NCBI GenBank assembly: GCA_052426225.1
Contig: JBNJNM010000007.1
Span: forward strand, 930,001 to 994,000
Source of the DNA: Zancudomyces culisetae HAW-14-8
Taxonomy: Eukaryota > Fungi > Kickxellomycota
Reading direction: 5' to 3'
Length of the DNA stretch: 64,000 nucleotides
Shown: one piece after another, positions 58,301 to 64,000 of the stretch
How positions within the stretch are numbered: the first letter of the stretch is position 1
Layout of the letters: each line of letters opens with the position of its first letter
The notes under the pieces: model-generated
Seen by the model: the letters and a program-made list of their open reading frames with translations, nothing else
Told to the model about the DNA's origin: nothing
The model's database searches: none
Translations under genes and position numbers: made by a program

Positions 58301-58798
58301 CTTGACATCTGATACATCTCTTCGTAATTCACTCGTATCTGAAATTAATTTTTTATTATCAATATCTAAAGACTCGTTCTCATTCATAAATAAAGTACTC
58401 TTGTGCACAACCGCTGAAGTGTTCCTATCAATCACCACATACATCCTGAGCAATTTTTTTAGTATATTTCTCCATTTATAATTGGATGCCAGATTTAGAA
58501 CAAAATCGTAGTTGAGTTTCTTGATTTTTCTCAGAACTAAGATTCCGACAGTTTCATTCATACTTATTCTGGTGTAACTCTCGAATATTGTACTTAACTT
58601 TGACTCGAAGCTATTTTTTTTATTTTGTAAGACATATCTAATAATGTACTTGCTAATAGTGTCAACTTGTTCCGAGGCATGGTACATATTCTTATTCAAT
58701 AGCGATAGCTGAGGGTTTTGGCCAAGTACAAATATGGCTGAAAGTATACTCGCTGGTAATCTGTTAAAAGGATTGTTGAACTTGTTTGTAGTATCCAT
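55302..58798 (-). pseudogene. Ankyrin-repeat protein with F-box-like N-terminus, paralog 3, split by a 1-nt frameshift at ~57642
   Basis: ORFs 58798-57626 and 57641-55302 together are collinear with paralogs 1 and 2. One missing A in ggt aaa atg gag explains the break. Confidence 0.8.
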
Positions 58799-59937
58799 TA
58801 TGTTGTAAGTTGAGTTATTATTGCTTCCTTTATATCTTAATTTGTTTGTAACTCAATGTAATGTGATCAAAATTAACAAGCCCAGAATAGCGGAATTTTT
58901 GATTATTATTATTTTCCAGAGTTTTTTGATCTATTTTTCTAATTTTTAAGCGTCAATTCAAGCGGTCATTTGCTGCGTAATTCAAAATATATACACAGGC
59001 TTTTATAGGATTGGATGCCATTCGGAAATATCATCAAGCCAAACAGTTGGTATACAGTAATTGAAGTTTTTAGAATAGTGGGTCAGAAATAGTGGAAAAT
59101 ATTTTGTCATTTGAATTATATTATTTAATAAACTATCAACAGAAAATATAAAAACAGCAAAAGCACTTTGACACAATGACTATGACAGTGTTCTACGCAA
59201 AAATGTCAAACAGATCAACATTTTTAAAACTTAATTCTGATGAATTCTACTAGTTTGTATTCTTGGTTTCTCGCCTTAAGAATTAATATACGCAATGAAA
59301 TATGATCCGAAGGTTTTCACAGTAAATTTGAACGCATCTGACTCAAACTTAACGGGTTAGTGATATTTTTAAAGAAAACCATGGAAAAGGTTGAGTAAAA
59401 ATATGTTGGAAAGACATAATTTTAAGAGTTTTTTTAGAGGGGAGGGGGAAATATGTAGCAGGAGAGATATTAATGCCAGAGTTTAATGTGGTTATATATT
59501 TGTAAAAAAGCAAACTGTTATTTCATAAAACTTCGAATGACCAAAAAAATGTAATGAAGAAAAAACTGGTAGTGATATTTTTTAAAAAGTAGCGAATAGC
59601 AGAATCAGCGCAACTAGAAAATAAGAGATAGAGAGAGGAGAAATGGCAGTGGTAAATCTTGTGACAGAATCATAAAGAAGCTAAAAAAAAATCATTAAAA
59701 AATTAGTGGATTCATTTTCGCTATTGGGTAACGGGATGGGTTTTGTAAATGCAATTTTAGTGAATATAACGAAAAACAAGAAGTGTATGTAAATGATTTA
59801 TAATCATATATTCTTGAGTATAGGCAAAAATAACTCGGATGTGTAATGCAATTTTCAAGTGTATAAGTTCCTGTTTTTATAAAAATACAATCCAAGCCTT
59901 GAGTATGTACAAAGAAAACCAGAACTCAAGAAAAAAG

Positions 59938-59946
59938 TATAAATAG
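59938..59946 (+). promoter_or_regulatory. TATA box upstream of the metallothionein gene
   Basis: TATAAATAG about 148 nt before the ATG. The same motif precedes both trypsin-like genes (~52005, ~62002). Confidence 0.5.
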
Positions 59947-60085
59947 TCAACAACTTTTCTCAAAAAAGACAAGAAAATATCAATCATAAAACCACATAGT
60001 ATTCCATACTAAATACAAAAAAAAAACAATAATACCAATAAGCTTGGCTAATAAACAAATACAAACCAGAATAAGTAAATCAAAG

Positions 60086-60481
60086 ATGAGTTCATGCGAC
60101 AAAAAGGCCTGCTACAACAAAGATATTGGAAAGTGCAGAGATGCTCCCGGGGGTCGGTGTTCATGTGAGGCTGGAAATTGTGAATGCTGCTGCAAGAAGG
60201 GACAAGGTTGTTTAGCCACCTCTGAAGGAAAATGTTGTTGTGAATCTGAAAAGTGCAATTGTGCTGAAAATAAGGAGGCTGGTGTCTCCTGTAGGTGTTC
60301 AGTAGGTAAAAAGTGTATCTGCAGGGAGGATGAGTGCAAGTGTGAAGGAAAAAGTATATGTCAGTGCAGAGATGGTAAAGGTTGTACATGTGGAGGACCA
60401 TGTAAATGTGAACAAGCAACCTGTGAATGCAAGGAGAGTAAAGGCGAGCAATGCCACTGTGAATCTGGATGTAAATGTTAA
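60086..60481 (+). CDS. Long metallothionein-like Cys-rich protein (131 aa)
   Basis: 33 Cys by manual count (25%) in CxC and CCC clusters, K/E/G-rich, almost no aromatic residues and no signal peptide. ATG at 60086. Confidence 0.85.
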   Translation: MSSCDKKACYNKDIGKCRDAPGGRCSCEAGNCECCCKKGQGCLATSEGKCCCESEKCNCAENKEAGVSCRCSVGKKCICREDECKCEGKSICQCRDGKGCTCGGPCKCEQATCECKESKGEQCHCESGCKC

Positions 60482-61079
60482 AAAGCGATAGAGTAGTCAT
60501 GTTGTGTGTCGCACAATACATGTTTTTAGTTGGTGTGTTTACTACTTTTACTTTGACATCATTGAAAGGTTTATACTTTTTTCTAACTATTGAGAATAAC
60601 AGACAGTTATAAATAAAACCAAGACCACTTTACTCTGAGCTTTTGATGTTTTTTTGTTTATTTTTTATTAGCATCCTTTTTTTTACTACAATTTGAGTAG
60701 TATTTTTGTTTTGAAGTTATTCTATTCTCCAGGGGTACTTAAATGCTTAAATGATATATCCAATGTGTTGTGAAATATGTCAGTGTTAAATCGGGACGAT
60801 TTTGATTCATTAAGAATAGCTGACCTCAAGAATAGTTTGTTAAATGATAATAGTAGGAAATGCTAAAATCAATAAACTCGAGTTAGATAAAATATTTTCA
60901 TTTAATATCTAGTCGTGTATATCTCTCACTCAACCTGTTTTATAAACGACATGATCAATAAGTTTTCAATAAATTATGATAACAAAGTCCACTCCACCAC
61001 TACTAACATAGTTCGAATAAACAAACAGCCATTCGATTTACATATGAATACGATATGGCTCTCTTGATCACTCTACTTT

Positions 61080-61275
61080 GAGAGAAAAAAATTACTGAGC
61101 CAAGTTAATGGTCTTGGATTGGCTCAGAGCAGAAGTAATCCCACTGAATCAACGCTTGGTGGGTATGGAATTCATATCAGAGATAGAAAGAATTTTGTTA
61201 GGTAGATATTATGCAGGAATATTTTATATAGTTTTATGTGGTATTTGTTTAATAAACTCATCTAACAAAAAATAA
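61080..61275 (+). repeat. Dispersed repeat copy (probable non-LTR 3' relic)
   Basis: tgaatcaacgcttggtgggtatgg...gttaggtagatatt...atctaacaaaaaa matches 33488-33620. Confidence 0.6.
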
Positions 61276-62096
61276 TGTAGTATCTATGGAAACATGAATA
61301 CAAAAAACCCTGCAAATACAGAACTAACAAAAATTACATGTATCAGAATCGGATTATCATAAACAGCATAACACTAGTTATCCTCCTCAATACCTTTTAT
61401 TACTTGTATTGATAATAGCATCGACCAAGTGTGTTGTATTCATTGACTACCATGCTCGTGCTGAAGTGTTTGGCACATATCATACCACCTGACTGAGATG
61501 TGCTCTTGGCAAATAAAACCAAATGCTGAAAAAAACAGCTCATCTTATACAATTCCAACCATGAGAGACCTAAAGATTTCCAGTGCACTATTCAGCAGAT
61601 CTATTCTTTTTTGGTTATTTTTTATTTGCTCTAAGAAATGAATATTACATGGCTTTCGGTTTTGATGATTCTCAAGATGTATTTTCCCTTCACTTGGCAT
61701 ATCTATTGGTCAGGTTGTTTATTTTGCCAACAAATATTCAGTATAATTTATGTAAATCACCCTCAAATAATCTACAAAGATGGATATTCTACAATCTACA
61801 CCAAATATTGCTTGGAATCGAGATTTGATTGCTTGAAAACACAAAGAAAAATACATTCCAATAATTCTGATTGTATGAAAATAAAGATGGTAAACACAAT
61901 ATTCACCAGTGCTAATGGTTTCATCAGTTTTTATTCTTTTCCATTTTTAATCAACATTGAATTGTAGATGGACTTCATTCATTGATATGTAGGAAATACT
62001 ATATAAATAGAGCAACTTCATTAAAATATCTAATTACACTTATTCTTAACTCCTTTTAACAATCGACAAACACAAGGCTAACAAAAAGTAATAACA

Positions 62097-63158
62097 ATGA
62101 AATTAAACAACAAATCACTTTGTAAACATATCTTTACAGCACTATCGCTTGGAGGTATTGCAGCTGTACAAGCTGCCTCAGTTGATAATGTAGACACCAA
62201 TATTGGCACACCACAGAGCGGAGCGAGTGACCTTAATAAAAATGTGAGAGCCCTAAATGGGGAACCAGCCAAGAGAGAAGATTTTCCATATCTTGGAATG
62301 ATGAGTGTGTATATGGGGGGATATTTCAGTTCCTGTCAGATTTCACTAATATCTAATCAAACAGCAGTAACTGCCGCTCGCTGCTTATTAAATCAGAAAC
62401 GTGAATTAATTAAAAATATGGACCATATATCTATTTATATTTTTGGTGGAGCTTCAAGTTACGATTCCATAGCTTTAACTAGGGCGCGTGCAGTACATTA
62501 TCATCCAAAGTATTCTTATCAATCATTGGAAAACGACATTGCAATTGTTGAACTAAATTCCCCAGTGTCAAAAGACATTGCTACGCCAGTAGCGATATAC
62601 AGTGGAGATGTAATGGATGATATGAATTTAGTCGCAGCAGGTTGGGATCTCACTTCGTCTGAGCCGTTAAGAAGATCTTATTATGAGCTAACAAGAGTTA
62701 CACGGACACCCTCTTCTTCAAATGTTTGTAAAAAACTTCATCCATCCTGGTCAAACAACAACAAAGATGTTGTCTGTACACATGTAAATGATACTAAAGA
62801 TATGTCATATAGTAGTGATGGAGGTCCCTTGACATACATAAACAATGGAGTTAATTTACTTGTTGGTGTTGGGGATTCTGCATTTGGAAATTTTAATGGT
62901 GAATATGGCAGTGAAGGTATCAAGGCGAGATATCATACCCATGTATACAGCTACATTGACTGGATTGTAAAAACCACAGGGCTTGAAAAATCGTACCTTT
63001 TGAATACAACTGCACGACCCTCACCTAACTATTCAACGGTTACCAATATAGAGACTTATGGGAATAATGAATCTATGATTTCCGCCTCAACTATTTTGCA
63101 AAACACCGGTTTCATATTAGTGGTTTTCCTATCATTGGTATTTTCTTTACTATTTTAG
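62097..63158 (+). CDS. Secreted, probably GPI-anchored trypsin-like (S1A) pseudoprotease 2
   Basis: First 66 codons are identical to paralog 1. TAARC has His replaced by Arg, NDIAIV is retained, and SSDGGPL stands in place of GDSGGPL. Hydrophobic C-terminus. Confidence 0.88.
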   Translation: MKLNNKSLCKHIFTALSLGGIAAVQAASVDNVDTNIGTPQSGASDLNKNVRALNGEPAKREDFPYLGMMSVYMGGYFSSCQISLISNQTAVTAARCLLNQKRELIKNMDHISIYIFGGASSYDSIALTRARAVHYHPKYSYQSLENDIAIVELNSPVSKDIATPVAIYSGDVMDDMNLVAAGWDLTSSEPLRRSYYELTRVTRTPSSSNVCKKLHPSWSNNNKDVVCTHVNDTKDMSYSSDGGPLTYINNGVNLLVGVGDSAFGNFNGEYGSEGIKARYHTHVYSYIDWIVKTTGLEKSYLLNTTARPSPNYSTVTNIETYGNNESMISASTILQNTGFILVVFLSLVFSLLF

Positions 63159-63349
63159 ATCTGTTTAAAACTTTTTAGACCTGTGGTTGATGTTTGATTA
63201 GATGTTTCATTCAGCTAAACATAGACTCGTGATTCTTGTGACTCATGAATAGCATATCTGTATTCTATGAATTAATACTAGTGACATACGAACTGATTTT
63301 CACTCACTAATAAAGCATATTGTACCTTACTATATTGAAGCAATTTTAG

Positions 63350-63640
63350 TAGAAATAGAACAGAGAACTGATGGTGGGCGATGGGAAACGATTATCGTAA
63401 GCAAGACAACACACAGTATTTATGGATTAAAAGGTATGTAGTTGGTTATGCTTCTAGGTTAAACAACATACACACAGCTGGGCAGGTCAATCCACCACTT
63501 CGTTTCTTGCAATAAAACATTTTGTATCCTTGAACCAACGCCTTGTAGGTAAGGAAGCCCTAGAGGAACTTAGACTAGTTTATTAGATGAATATTGGAAT
63601 TAATGTTATTTTTTTTGATTTACTAGCAAACTCATCTTGA
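63350..63640 (+). repeat. Degenerate dispersed repeat copy downstream of pseudoprotease 2
   Basis: ctgatggtggg (cf. 53443) and tgaaccaacgccttgtaggtaaggaagccctagagg (cf. tgaactaacgcccggtgggtatagagtccctagagg at 33488). Confidence 0.45.
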
Positions 63641-63946
63641 AATTCTCGAAAAAGCATGAATTGCTGGATTGAAAATATTCCATCTTTTCTGGGTTGATGC
63701 CTTATTCCTGAAATGTATCCTATTAATTTGAAAATCTTTATTTAATTTTTTCCAAATTACGTAGCAAACGAATATATAAACCAATGTCTAAAAAGAAATA
63801 AATAGATCAAAAATAAAGTCATGAAAATAGTATAAAATTAACATAACTTATCCATCTGACTTTGTTTATTTTGATCGCATTACTTTAATAAACCAACAAA
63901 AAAACTAAGCTTAAAGAAACATAAGAATAATCCAACTTACGACACA

Positions 63947-64000
63947 ATGAACTCCGAAAACAACAGCAACAATTCTTTTAACAGATTACCAGCGAGTATA
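63947..64000 (+). CDS. Start of a fourth F-box-like/ankyrin paralog, truncated by the window end
   Basis: Translates MNSENNSNNSFNRLPASI, matching FN(K/R)LP(A/V)SI in the other paralogs, and has the same upstream motifs. Confidence 0.8.
   Translation, partial: MNSENNSNNSFNRLPASI

Overview
AT-rich eukaryotic DNA with short spliceosomal introns, most consistent with an early-diverging fungus. A Harpellales/Kickxellomycotina-like insect gut fungus is my inference from gene content and repeat types and is not proven. The window has two parts. (1) 1-28 kb is a dense housekeeping block: OTU1, syntaxin-6/TLG1, YVH1, eRF3/SUP35, GCP3/SPC98, CCT2, zuotin with two SANT domains, MRP51-like, CDC11-type septin, a mitochondrial TPR-like protein, MRE11 and THP3/LENG8. 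(2) 28-64 kb is an accessory island. It holds four paralogous intronless F-box-like/ankyrin genes, two catalytically dead GPI-type trypsin-like genes, a long metallothionein, two small paralogous membrane proteins, probable non-LTR relics, and one structurally complete DIRS-type tyrosine-recombinase retrotransposon (274-bp perfect ITRs, ICR, 7-bp crossover core). The most notable signals are: a candidate AT-AC intron with a U2-like donor (ATAAGT) in syntaxin-6; sharp gene-conversion-like identity tracts between otherwise diverged paralogs; a replaced Nbs1-binding latching loop in MRE11; and G/C strand skew that flips inside genes. All alignments and counts were done by eye.
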